Shown: piece after piece, positions 27,981 through 37,635 of the stretch | Layout: every line of letters starts with the position of its first letter | Numbering within the stretch: position 1 is the stretch's first letter | IMG/VR virus record: IMGVR_UViG_3300033571_024374 | Span: 62,001-123,972 of that record | Length of the DNA: 61,972 nt | From: an uncultured virus (IMG/VR IMGVR_UViG_3300033571_024374) | Taxonomy: Duplodnaviria > Heunggongvirae > Uroviricota > Caudoviricetes | Direction: 5' to 3' (one strand) | Notes under the pieces: model-generated | Database searches by the model: none | The model's input: only the letters and a program-made list of their open reading frames with translations | Told to the model about the DNA's origin: nothing | Made by a program: the position numbers and the translations under genes

Positions 27981-29903
27981 TTATTTAAATACTGATCCTA
28001 TTGGTTGAAATATCTGAGCTTGTATTTTATTTTTCTTATTATCAACTTTTGTTAAATCTGATATTTGTCTACCAGAATTATCTACACTCGTCCTATTAAA
28101 TGCACCAAGAGTATCCGTATCTTTATTTTGATACTCACTAAAACTATTAAATGTGCTATACGATTGATCCACATTTACGGTTCCTTCTTTATATGGATAA
28201 TAAATTCTACCGCCGCCCCCATTAAATATGGATTGAATATCACTCGCATCTCTAGCTCTGCCGTGTTCTAGTGTACAAGAATACTTGAATTCAGTTGGAA
28301 AATCATCTATAGACAATTCATCGTTAAATTCCATATCAGTTGTTGTACACCATAGATTACCCATCATCATAATTGGGGCAAATGGATTCCCAACCTGTAA
28401 ATGCCATTCTCCAGTAGGAGCACCAGTTAATTCCGCTTTAGTTTGTTCTAATACTGTTCTCTGAAGTGCTTTCATTTTATCATTATTAGCAAAAAGATAT
28501 TGTGCCGCTATTTCTGTCAAAGAACCAGTATTTTCTGGTTTTGCTAATGCACTTAACCCTTCATTAATAAATGTTGTAAAAAATTGTTGAACTCTATCCG
28601 ATACTGCTTTTGCTCCACCACCAATTTGCTTACTTAGTTCGTCTTTTAATTTAGATGGATTATTTAATTCTGACAACAAAGAAAATACAAGTTCCGTTCT
28701 AACTAGTGGAAAGTTAGCACGATCTATAAGAAACCTATTCTCTCCACCCCAAAATAATGCATGGTTATAAGTTAATGCTAACATATTTGATAATATATCA
28801 AGCATAGCTGCCTTTTGATTAACATTTTCAATGGTCTTTGATGAATAATCAAAAGTTACTTTAAGATTATTCTGAGTAAATACTAGTCCTCTATCTCTAA
28901 TTTTAGCACCCGTTATAACATTAACAGGGCCATAAACTAAATCTTGAAGTGGTCCTTGCTTCCAAGGATCATAAGCAGATGTCCAATTACGTAAGGCACC
29001 TATATCTGAACCAGTTCCTGATAAAATAGAAAGTAACTTGATACCAGTTTCTTCCGCACTTCCACTTTTTGCTCCAGATGAATTAAGAAAACTTTCAGCC
29101 TCATCTAATTTAATAACTTCATTATTTTGCCCAGCACCCTTTACATCCTTTGTATTAATTTTAATATTCATTTTAGTAAAATTACTCAACTTATTATTTG
29201 AAGCATCTAGATATGTTAGGGCTTGAGCAATTGGTTTTCTTAATGGCGATTCGGGTCCCTCGGATTTTATAGCAACTCTAAGTTCATCATATACAGGAGC
29301 CATAAATCTACGAAGTGTAATCAATCTGTTATTATTAAATGGATGATAATGTTTCATATACAGAAAATCACCATAAGAATATCTTCTTTCAGGTTGATTT
29401 GCTCCAGGTCCACCTTCAGAATAATGGCTAATTATAAGACTTGTAGATGGGTTCTTATATTGTGCGTAATCAGCCATTCCAAAATAATCAATGGATCCTT
29501 CTTCAGCATTTAAATCAGTTATAGGGTTTGAATTTTCATTAGTACCATCCATTATAGAATGGTATCTTACTAAATAATAAGGATTAATTAAACTTGGAAA
29601 TCCTTGTAATGCTCTGGCGGATGATCCTTGCGGATTGTCTTGATTTACTGAAGTACCAACAGGTTTAAGCGTTTTAGCCTCTGGATTCGAAGTAATTCTA
29701 GTCAAATCTAAGTTCGTATCACCAGCTTGACCACCACCCCCTGAACCTGTAAACCCTGCAGTTGCGTTTGAAGCTGAACCTGGATTACTTTGTTGTCTCG
29801 CACTATTTGCAGCATTCAGTGCGTCTTTAGCTTTATCCGTAGCACTACCAGACCCTGTATTACCTGTTAATGAATTATATAAATCAGTTACAAAACCAAA
29901 CAT
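27981..29903 (-). CDS. Probable tail/baseplate structural protein
   Basis: 640 aa, Gly/Ser/Ala-rich N-terminus; tube-like C-terminus GNLWCTTTDMEF..DDFPTEFKYSCTL; upstream of gp53-like gene. Confidence 0.5.
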   Translation of the reverse strand: MFGFVTDLYNSLTGNTGSGSATDKAKDALNAANSARQQSNPGSASNATAGFTGSGGGGQAGDTNLDLTRITSNPEAKTLKPVGTSVNQDNPQGSSARALQGFPSLINPYYLVRYHSIMDGTNENSNPITDLNAEEGSIDYFGMADYAQYKNPSTSLIISHYSEGGPGANQPERRYSYGDFLYMKHYHPFNNNRLITLRRFMAPVYDELRVAIKSEGPESPLRKPIAQALTYLDASNNKLSNFTKMNIKINTKDVKGAGQNNEVIKLDEAESFLNSSGAKSGSAEETGIKLLSILSGTGSDIGALRNWTSAYDPWKQGPLQDLVYGPVNVITGAKIRDRGLVFTQNNLKVTFDYSSKTIENVNQKAAMLDILSNMLALTYNHALFWGGENRFLIDRANFPLVRTELVFSLLSELNNPSKLKDELSKQIGGGAKAVSDRVQQFFTTFINEGLSALAKPENTGSLTEIAAQYLFANNDKMKALQRTVLEQTKAELTGAPTGEWHLQVGNPFAPIMMMGNLWCTTTDMEFNDELSIDDFPTEFKYSCTLEHGRARDASDIQSIFNGGGGRIYYPYKEGTVNVDQSYSTFNSFSEYQNKDTDTLGAFNRTSVDNSGRQISDLTKVDNKKNKIQAQIFQPIGSVFK

Positions 29904-29917
29904 TCCAATTAGTTATT

Positions 29918-30286
29918 TTATATCATAAGAAGACCTACAACAAGATCTGCTTTAATATTATTTTTCTTCAAAATTTCACTCACGGACTTTTTTATGTCTG
30001 AAGTATATTTTGGAACGATATACACTATATCCTTCTCTGTTTCATATATTTTCTCAAGTAATAACCTCTCTAGTTCTCTTGATAAAATAAAATATCCAGC
30101 ATCAGATAAATTACCATTTAAATCATATCCTAAATCTTGAGCAACACTGAATACATCTAGATATTCGACATTCAAACCTCTAAAACGTTTTTTTATAACT
30201 TTCAAAGTACCTTCTTCGATAGTTACAACGACATTTATATTATTATTGTCGAATTCTTTATCTAGCATCTTATTCTCCCTTTTCAA
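29918..30286 (-). CDS. Hypothetical protein
   Basis: 122-aa ORF in operon. Confidence 0.6.
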   Translation of the reverse strand: MKRENKMLDKEFDNNNINVVVTIEEGTLKVIKKRFRGLNVEYLDVFSVAQDLGYDLNGNLSDAGYFILSRELERLLLEKIYETEKDIVYIVPKYTSDIKKSVSEILKKNNIKADLVVGLLMI

Positions 30287-30770
30287 CTTTTGTATGTATA
30301 TTTAAAAGGAGTTTAAGTCCTGATGCAGCCGCTATAGAATCACCCAAAGTTAATAAAATACCAATCGGTAAAATCACAACGTCATTACTAGAAAGTAGAG
30401 AAGAACTGTCACCCATAGATTCAATATCTAAACCCCATACACATTCTGAAGAATCCAATATTTCATGACTTCTCCAGAATCCTAGATGTATAAAATTGTC
30501 TTCTTTTACTTTCCATCCATTTGACTTACAGAAATCAATTGCTTCATGTAATTGATTTAGGTTTTCTGTGGTATATTTAAATAAACCCTCGGATTCTTTT
30601 GGAAGTATTACACCTTCTATAATACCATTCTTTATTATAAATGGTAAAATTCTGCCATAGTTTTTCTTAAGCCTAATTGTTTTAAAATTAGATTCATTAT
30701 GGATAGAAAATTCTTCACATGAATAAACTACTTCGCTAATTGGGTTATCTGTATATTCTGTTTTTTTCAT
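30270..30770 (-). CDS. Hypothetical protein
   Basis: 166-aa ORF in operon; TATATATC at 30818-30825 upstream. Confidence 0.6.
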   Translation of the reverse strand: MKKTEYTDNPISEVVYSCEEFSIHNESNFKTIRLKKNYGRILPFIIKNGIIEGVILPKESEGLFKYTTENLNQLHEAIDFCKSNGWKVKEDNFIHLGFWRSHEILDSSECVWGLDIESMGDSSSLLSSNDVVILPIGILLTLGDSIAAASGLKLLLNIHTKVEKGE

Positions 30771-30779
30771 TAAAAAAGA

Positions 30780-31685
30780 TTATTGTGATTTTTCAAGTAT
30801 AATTGTTTCAGGTTCTTTATATATCTGTTTATTTTCAAACTCCTGATTTATTACACTATTTTCTTCACTTTTATAATAAAGCATAAGTTTCTCTTTGATT
30901 GACTCTTTAACTTGATCGATTGTCAAATTATTCATAATATGTTCAATAACATAATCGATAGCATTATCATAAGATTCATCAATGATATTAAAAAATTCCT
31001 TTTTAACTAGATCTATATTAATATCAATTGTAATAGGAGTAGGATTTTTCTTTCTAGATGCCAACAATTCTCTTAATGGGCTATTAGGAAGACTTGAGCT
31101 AGAAGTTACTGCCTGAACAGGCTTAGGTTCAGGTTTAGAAGCTTTAGGTTGATATACAGGTTCTGTAGGAATTTCTACTTCTTCAACAAATTCATCACTG
31201 ATACCTATATCTGCAATGAACTGACTTTCAAGATCTTCTAATAAAATATTATAACCATCACTCATAGTTAATTGGATTTCGCCATTATTCATATCACATC
31301 CAACTACTTCTACAATAGTACCGAAATTTTTACTAGTAATATACTTAAAAGTTTTACCAACAACCTCTCTTTTTACTGTTTCCAAAATATCTTGTGGGTT
31401 TGTAGGTACTGCTGGTTTATTATTATTTTTAGCCGCCTGTAGTTTCTTTCTCTTCTCCGCTTCTCTCTGTCTCTTTCTTTGCTCAATAATATGTCTATTT
31501 TCTTCAGTAAGCAAATCAAAAGGGGGCACTGACTCAACTTTTGTTAAAGGGTTACCATCTTGACCTATGATTACTGCTCGATCTACGCCTTGTGACTCAT
31601 AATGACCAGTTCCACCAACTGGCATCATCCTTGCACTTATATCGGGCATACCGCCCATATTACTATTTGAGGGTGTAAAGCTCAT
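30780..31685 (-). CDS. Hypothetical protein
   Basis: 301-aa ORF. Confidence 0.7.
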   Translation of the reverse strand: MSFTPSNSNMGGMPDISARMMPVGGTGHYESQGVDRAVIIGQDGNPLTKVESVPPFDLLTEENRHIIEQRKRQREAEKRKKLQAAKNNNKPAVPTNPQDILETVKREVVGKTFKYITSKNFGTIVEVVGCDMNNGEIQLTMSDGYNILLEDLESQFIADIGISDEFVEEVEIPTEPVYQPKASKPEPKPVQAVTSSSSLPNSPLRELLASRKKNPTPITIDINIDLVKKEFFNIIDESYDNAIDYVIEHIMNNLTIDQVKESIKEKLMLYYKSEENSVINQEFENKQIYKEPETIILEKSQ

Positions 31686-31703
31686 AAAAATCCTTATTAT
31701 TTA

Positions 31704-32048
31704 TTATGAAATTATTCTTTCGCCAAATTTCTGTTTGTATTCTGCTTTCCAGTCATCTGCATATCCCAATTCTTTGTAGTTCTTGTAATGATATGCGAAT
31801 CTTTCCAATGTTTTTAAAAAGTGATCTCGAATATTATCTTTATGTATTTTTTCTAGAATATCAGCTTGAATCCTAAACACATGATCAATACCTACGATTT
31901 TCCAAACTAGATATTCTATGTTTGTTTGGAGATTATAAGAGTATTCAATATCTACAGGATACCAACCATCAGGTTCCAACCCATGCATAACCTTTTTGGT
32001 TAAAGGATTTACATTGTTCAAATCGTATAATGTAACTATTCTTGACAT
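31704..32048 (-). CDS. Hypothetical protein
   Basis: First gene of the minus-strand baseplate operon; ATG 32048. Confidence 0.65.
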   Translation of the reverse strand: MSRIVTLYDLNNVNPLTKKVMHGLEPDGWYPVDIEYSYNLQTNIEYLVWKIVGIDHVFRIQADILEKIHKDNIRDHFLKTLERFAYHYKNYKELGYADDWKAEYKQKFGERIIS

Positions 32049-32077
32049 ATTCAATCTATAAATAATACAACTTATCT

Positions 32078-32085
32078 TATATATC
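32078..32085 (-). promoter_or_regulatory. Putative late promoter GATATATA heading the baseplate operon
   Basis: 30 nt upstream of start 32048. Confidence 0.7.
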
Positions 32086-32108
32086 TAAGATTAAATTTTG
32101 TTGAAAAT

Positions 32109-32139
32109 TTTGTTATTATGATAATAAATATTAATTTTG
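32109..32139 (+). promoter_or_regulatory. Bacteroidota-type housekeeping promoter (-33 TTTG / -7 TAnnTTTG)
   Basis: TTTG 32109-32112, 19-nt spacer, TAATTTTG 32132-32139, about 25 nt before helicase ATG 32164. Confidence 0.6.
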
Positions 32140-32163
32140 CTAAAATTATCATTGGGTCATATT

Positions 32164-33603
32164 ATGTCTTTTAAACCAAGTGTTTATCAAGAAGCAATTT
32201 TTAATCATATAAAAAATTCAAGTCAAAATGCTGTTATTGAAGCTGTCGCTGGTTCTGGTAAAACAACAACTTTAATAGAATCTCTGAAAATTGCAAATAC
32301 TGATAATGTAATATTTGTAGCATTTAATAAACATATAGCTGAAGAACTTAAACCTAAAGTACCTAAAGGCGTTAGAGTATCCACGATGCATTCTTTTGGA
32401 TATGAACAGATATTACGTACCTACGGGAAAATTAATATAGATCATTTAAAAGTTAAAAAAATTATACAGGCTAAAGCAAAGGATTTATATTTAGCATTTT
32501 CTGAAAATAAGAATGAATACGCTGAAGATCTTTCTAGTCTCGTTGATTTATTAAGATTGAACCTATGTTCTTCCGTAGATGAGGTACTAGAAGTAGCATA
32601 TAAGCATTCTTTGAATAATGCTTCTGATAGTTTGGTAAATGATGCTTTTATCATAATGAAAGAAATGAATAGAACACGAGATTCTATTGATTTCGTCGAT
32701 ATGATTTATATACCAGCATCGGAGGACATAAAGATTAAAGAGTTCGATTTGGTTTTAGTAGATGAATGTCAAGATTTATCAAAAAGTCAAATTCAACTTA
32801 TGAAAAAAATGAAATCCACAGGTGGTAGGATTATTGCAGTTGGTGATAGAAATCAAGCTATTTATGGGTTCGGTGGAGCAGATAGCCAATCTTTTCAATC
32901 TTTAACTCAAATGGAAAATACGATACTACTACCTCTAAGTATATCGTATAGATGTAGTAAATTTGTTATTAGAGAAGCACAAAAAATAGTTCCAAGTATA
33001 GAATACTCTGAACATGCTATTGAAGGTATAGTTAATCACAATGGATTGATGAGAAATATAAAGGATGGTGATTTTGTCCTTTGTAGAATGAATGCACCTC
33101 TAATATCAACTGCTTTAAAGTTCTTGGCATCTGGATCAAAAGCGAGTGTAAAAGGTATTGATATTGGATCAAGAATCATTAGTAATCTTAAATCAACTAA
33201 AGAAAATGATTTAAAAAAATCATTACTTATCCTTAAGACTAAATACTTTAGAGCAAAAGAAGAACTTGAAAATTCAAATGATAGGAAATCTAGAGTTAAA
33301 TTGATGTCATTAGAAGATATGCTCAATGCAACTCAAATACTTTCAGTAGGATGTCATACGATCGATGACGTAAAGCGTAAGATTAATGATTTATTCAGTG
33401 ACACTGAAACTAAGGGCGTTATATTCTCATCCGCACATAAATCAAAAGGTCTTGAAGCCGATAATGTACACATACTTAAACCTGAACTCATGCCACTCAA
33501 AAATGTGACATTAGACTGGGAAAAGGAACAAGAAAATAACTTACATTATGTTGCCATAACACGATCTAAAAATACTTTAAGTTATATTCAAGATTCTATA
33601 TAA
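32164..33603 (+). CDS. UvrD/Rep-family superfamily 1 DNA helicase
   Basis: AVAGSGKTT, LVDECQD, VGDRNQAIYGFGGA, SYRC, SAHKSKGLE, NLHYVAITR. Confidence 0.95.
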   Translation: MSFKPSVYQEAIFNHIKNSSQNAVIEAVAGSGKTTTLIESLKIANTDNVIFVAFNKHIAEELKPKVPKGVRVSTMHSFGYEQILRTYGKINIDHLKVKKIIQAKAKDLYLAFSENKNEYAEDLSSLVDLLRLNLCSSVDEVLEVAYKHSLNNASDSLVNDAFIIMKEMNRTRDSIDFVDMIYIPASEDIKIKEFDLVLVDECQDLSKSQIQLMKKMKSTGGRIIAVGDRNQAIYGFGGADSQSFQSLTQMENTILLPLSISYRCSKFVIREAQKIVPSIEYSEHAIEGIVNHNGLMRNIKDGDFVLCRMNAPLISTALKFLASGSKASVKGIDIGSRIISNLKSTKENDLKKSLLILKTKYFRAKEELENSNDRKSRVKLMSLEDMLNATQILSVGCHTIDDVKRKINDLFSDTETKGVIFSSAHKSKGLEADNVHILKPELMPLKNVTLDWEKEQENNLHYVAITRSKNTLSYIQDSI

Positions 33604-35014
33604 GCTTTGATCCTTTAGTATCAGGGTCATCTGTTATTACAAATGCTTTATTAGCATTTACAACAATACCTAATCTTCTCATAAATGATCTATTTATCAA
33701 AATCGGAGTAGTTTTGGTCGATCTATTTATTGGAGAGAATTTTACATTTTTAACCAAAACATCATTAAATACTACATCTATTTTGATTATAGGTCTTTCA
33801 TGTATTACTTCTCCAACTTCTGTTTTTGAATACTCTACAATATCATTAACAAATGTTTTATCACCAATGCTCCAAATCAATTTCCCATCCTTTTCTTCTA
33901 TCTTATCTGCGTGAATACTACAGGATTTAGAGCTATTTCCAGTATCAAATTTAGCTACGAGTTCACCTATACCAGGTATAGAGATATTTTCAAGATATCC
34001 TACTTCTAAATTATAATATGACCAGTTTGATTTATTTGTTGCATAATCAATAATCTTTGTAACTATAGGTTCACCTAAAACCTTAGATATACCTTCAGTT
34101 CCAGGAGATGAATTTACTTCTAAGATATAAGGTTTATTTGTGTTTTTATCAATCATTATATCAACACCTGACCAATGGCAACCAACTGCAGTTGTCGCAT
34201 CAAACGCTAATTGCTCAAGTTCAGGTGTAATCTCATAAGAATCAACTTTACCACCTAAAGAGTAATTTGTTCTAAAATCATCTTTTACGGATTCTCTTTT
34301 CATACAACCTAATATTACTCTATTACCTGATTTTTCTTTTAATGGATTAAATTTTTTAACCAATACTTGAATCCTAACATCAAAATCAGCATCGATTTTT
34401 TCTTGAATTAGAATTTCACTATCTGGATCTAACTTCTTAATTGTTTGATATACAGACTTTAAAGATGCATATGAATCTACTATCGATACACCTATACCTT
34501 GTGTTCCAGATATTAATTTTACTATAAGTGGGAATTTATTACCTACTATTTCTAAAGCAGTATCTAAGAACTTTATATCAGGTACTAGTGAATACTTTGG
34601 AACTGGTAAACCATACTCTTCCAGTATTTGTGATGTAATATATTTATTTTCACAAGTTTTAATAGAATCCAAAGAATTTACTATAAAATATCTTGCCTTC
34701 TCTAATTGATAAAATAATCTACGAGTATGTGAATTTTCTATAACCCCTCTTCTTGGAATAATAACAGTAGTATCTGGATCAATCAAAATTCTTTTAGAGT
34801 TATAGATAATTAGATGACCGTTATATACCTTTTCTAAAAGTGCATTATTGATATCAATAACATGGCATTCTAACCCTCTTTCTTCACAAACAGCTTCAAA
34901 AGATTTAGTAGTAGGGCTACCATTTGATTTTCCAGTAAATATAATTACTTTAATAGCATCTTGTTTCGATTCATTCAGAAAGGAAGAATAATCTAAAATG
35001 GTTTTAGTTTCCAT
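33596..35014 (-). CDS. RimK-family ATP-grasp ligase fused to a C-terminal RimB-like retropepsin-type protease domain
   Basis: FPLIVKLISGTQGIGV, LIQEKI, FRTNYSLGG, GVDIM, ILEVNSSPG; then AKFDTGNS..SIHA..RPII..RS..PILINRSFM. Confidence 0.88.
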   Translation of the reverse strand: METKTILDYSSFLNESKQDAIKVIIFTGKSNGSPTTKSFEAVCEERGLECHVIDINNALLEKVYNGHLIIYNSKRILIDPDTTVIIPRRGVIENSHTRRLFYQLEKARYFIVNSLDSIKTCENKYITSQILEEYGLPVPKYSLVPDIKFLDTALEIVGNKFPLIVKLISGTQGIGVSIVDSYASLKSVYQTIKKLDPDSEILIQEKIDADFDVRIQVLVKKFNPLKEKSGNRVILGCMKRESVKDDFRTNYSLGGKVDSYEITPELEQLAFDATTAVGCHWSGVDIMIDKNTNKPYILEVNSSPGTEGISKVLGEPIVTKIIDYATNKSNWSYYNLEVGYLENISIPGIGELVAKFDTGNSSKSCSIHADKIEEKDGKLIWSIGDKTFVNDIVEYSKTEVGEVIHERPIIKIDVVFNDVLVKNVKFSPINRSTKTTPILINRSFMRRLGIVVNANKAFVITDDPDTKGSKLI

Positions 35015-35040
35015 ATGGGGATAAGTATAAATTTCTCATC

Positions 35041-35048
35041 TATATATC
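35041..35048 (-). promoter_or_regulatory. Putative late promoter GATATATA
   Basis: 27 nt upstream of start 35014. Confidence 0.7.
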
Positions 35049-35063
35049 AAAAAATATAAAAAG

Positions 35064-35090
35064 AAAAAGCCCAGAAATTATCTGGGCTTT
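35064..35090 (-). terminator. Terminator after the Hsp20 gene
   Basis: AAAAAGCCCAGA-AATTA-TCTGGGCTTT. Confidence 0.85.
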
Positions 35091-35093
35091 AAA

Positions 35094-35498
35094 TTATTTA
35101 ATTTTAATCTCAATTTCTTTTGATTTCTCTTTAATTTTAGGGATCTTTAATTCAAGAACTCCATTTTCATACGATGCTTCGATCTTACTACTATCCACAC
35201 CAGAAGCTAACTTAAATTTGCGTTCGTATATACCAGTCCTGATTTCCGATAAATGTTCTTTATCTTTAGATGCTTTGTTAAGTTCTCTTTTAGCACGAAT
35301 TTTCAAGATAGAACTTTCGAAAGAAATTGAGATGTCTTCTTTCTTAACACCTGGGATTTCAGACATAATGTACCACGCATCATCACTCTCTGCAATATCT
35401 GTTGCAGGTATATACAAATAGCTACCTTTTGAATCTTGCATGTACATGCGTTCTGCCAAATCCATTTGGCGAAGTAGAGATGAAATTGAATCTAACAT
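35094..35498 (-). CDS. Small heat-shock protein (Hsp20/alpha-crystallin)
   Basis: PATDIAE, EIPGVKKEDISI, YERKFKL, IEASYENGVLELKIPK. Confidence 0.93.
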   Translation of the reverse strand: MLDSISSLLRQMDLAERMYMQDSKGSYLYIPATDIAESDDAWYIMSEIPGVKKEDISISFESSILKIRAKRELNKASKDKEHLSEIRTGIYERKFKLASGVDSSKIEASYENGVLELKIPKIKEKSKEIEIKIK

Positions 35499-35673
35499 AA
35501 TATAATGGGTTATTTTTAATTAGTTCTTATTGAACTACATACATATATGGCAAAAGTGTGCCAAAGTTCTTTTTTTTGATTTTTTAAGCCATTAAGTCAT
35601 ACATCATAAAAAAATTGTCAGAGCGTATGACAACTTTTCTCAATAAATACCTAAAATGTCTTAGGAGAAATAT

Positions 35674-36600
35674 ATGAAAAACACATATTCAGTAGGATTA
35701 ATTACCTATAATAATGTAAATAGATTCCAAGAATGTATTTCTTACATTCCTAATTTAGATTCGAAACCATTCATAGTTGTCAATGATGGAAATCCCTATG
35801 ATCCTAAAGAATATAGGGATGACATGATAATTCTACAGAATAAAAATAATAAAAAAATTGCAAAAAGTAAAAATCATATCCTAAAATATCTCATGACCTT
35901 TGATACTGATTGGATTTTTATTATCGAAGATGATATGAAAATAAAGGATCCTAAAGTATTTGATAGATATATTGAAGTAGCTAATGATAGTGGGATATTG
36001 CATTTTAATTATGCTTTACACGGAAAAGATAATTGGAATGAAGAAAAAACTGACCCTATACCAAGATTAGTATATTCAAATGGCGTATCTCTTTATGAAT
36101 ATGCTGGGGGGTGTTTCCAATTATATCATAGATCCGTAATTGAAAAAATAGGTCTATACGATGAGTTCTTTAAAAACGCTTGGGAACATTTAGATATGAC
36201 ATATAGAGCTACATTATCTGGATTTCACACTCCATATTGGTTAGCATCAGATATTACAAATTCTCATGAATTTTTAGAGCAAATTGATGAAGAAGTAGAA
36301 TCTAAAATAAGCTCAAATAAACATAATCCCTATTATTACGAAGGATTATATTATTGGAAATTTAAATATGGTAAGTGGGTGAGTGATATTCCAGATTGGA
36401 TTAATGAACAATACCACCCAGACGAAATAATGAAGATGTTTTATTATAGACAATATGAAGACTTATCAAGATTGTTTTTCAATTATTATAAAGCAGATAA
36501 ATGCTTATATTTTGATAAGGAATTTACAAATGGACATGTTTTTGAAAATGTCTGGGGATTCGTAGATAGAAATAACAAACCTATTCTTTACACAAAGTAG
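35674..36600 (+). CDS. Glycosyltransferase family 2-like
   Basis: VGLITYN, IVVNDG, IAKSKN, FIIEDD, IGLYDEFF..EHLD. Confidence 0.8.
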   Translation: MKNTYSVGLITYNNVNRFQECISYIPNLDSKPFIVVNDGNPYDPKEYRDDMIILQNKNNKKIAKSKNHILKYLMTFDTDWIFIIEDDMKIKDPKVFDRYIEVANDSGILHFNYALHGKDNWNEEKTDPIPRLVYSNGVSLYEYAGGCFQLYHRSVIEKIGLYDEFFKNAWEHLDMTYRATLSGFHTPYWLASDITNSHEFLEQIDEEVESKISSNKHNPYYYEGLYYWKFKYGKWVSDIPDWINEQYHPDEIMKMFYYRQYEDLSRLFFNYYKADKCLYFDKEFTNGHVFENVWGFVDRNNKPILYTK

Positions 36601-37204
36601 ATTCTGTACACTTTGCAATCCAGTAAGAATCTGCTATATCATCTATAGGCTTAATCCAATTTTTCGTTTTCTTGAAATATGTTATTTCACTATTTAGTTT
36701 ATCATATAATTTCAAATTTAAACCAGTTAGTTCTACATCCAAAAACTTTTCAATCATTTGATTTTTATCAAACTTTCCACTCCCCGCTTTGGCTTTAACA
36801 GTATTTGCAGCAAAGAAATAAACATTATTTGATCCATATTTATTAACTAGACGCTCCCTTAGAATATACTGATAGCCTGCTATTTCCGCTAATCTGTTAG
36901 AACTTGCTCCAAATGCTAAATTTTCTAGACCTATTGCATCTATATCTGGAGGAAGATTTTGAATTAGGCATTCAGATAATATAATTGCATTTGTTGTAGA
37001 TACTCGTTCTCTTTCGGTTACACTTGTACCATTTTGCACATCCAAACGCTGAATATCAATAATCGAAACTTCAGTATCCTGAAGATTCTTATGGCCTTTT
37101 GATTTTTCTTTGGGGAAAACCAAAAATGAACATTCTTTAGTTATTGTATCATAAATACATACAGACGGGTGATTTATCGAAAAATCTATTCCTGCTATTT
37201 TCAT
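36581..37204 (-). CDS. RuvC-like Holliday junction resolvase
   Basis: IAGIDFS, IGLENLAFG, TVKAKAGSGKFDKNQM, DDIADSYWIA. Confidence 0.8.
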   Translation of the reverse strand: MKIAGIDFSINHPSVCIYDTITKECSFLVFPKEKSKGHKNLQDTEVSIIDIQRLDVQNGTSVTERERVSTTNAIILSECLIQNLPPDIDAIGLENLAFGASSNRLAEIAGYQYILRERLVNKYGSNNVYFFAANTVKAKAGSGKFDKNQMIEKFLDVELTGLNLKLYDKLNSEITYFKKTKNWIKPIDDIADSYWIAKCTESTLCKE

Positions 37205-37614
37205 TTACTCTGTGATTCCAAAAGTTTATTAAATTCTCCAAACGATGAAACTGAAGATTCAGCTAATTTTATCATACTAGCCGCATCTATCCTTACTCTC
37301 TTTCCATTATGTATAATGAATACTTTTTCTAAATTACCTTCATCACTCACTATGCTAACTATTCTACCTCGAATAGGTTTTTCATCCTCAAGTCGCTTCC
37401 CCGATACATAGTCTCCGATTTGAAATCTAGTTAATATCCATTGTTGAGCTTTATCTTTTTGGAATTCTAATTGTCCTCTATTATTAATTCTACCTAAATC
37501 AAATGCAGGATTCTCGTGACTTAAACGAGAATAATTGGATCCCCATCTGTTCAAAATATCAGATGGTGTCCAGGTTGATCCTGCAGTTTTTAATGATGAT
37601 GTTACTTGTGGCAT
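37201..37614 (-). CDS. Hypothetical protein with SH3/KOW-like core
   Basis: FQIGDYVSG..GRIVSI; C-terminal VSSFGEFNKLLES. Confidence 0.6.
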   Translation of the reverse strand: MPQVTSSLKTAGSTWTPSDILNRWGSNYSRLSHENPAFDLGRINNRGQLEFQKDKAQQWILTRFQIGDYVSGKRLEDEKPIRGRIVSIVSDEGNLEKVFIIHNGKRVRIDAASMIKLAESSVSSFGEFNKLLESQSK

Positions 37615-37635
37615 AATTTATAGTATTTTATTATC

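Noticed and set aside
32057..32064. T4 late promoter TATAAATA
   Set aside because: Isolated copy in AT-rich DNA facing a replication gene; not recurrent upstream of structural genes
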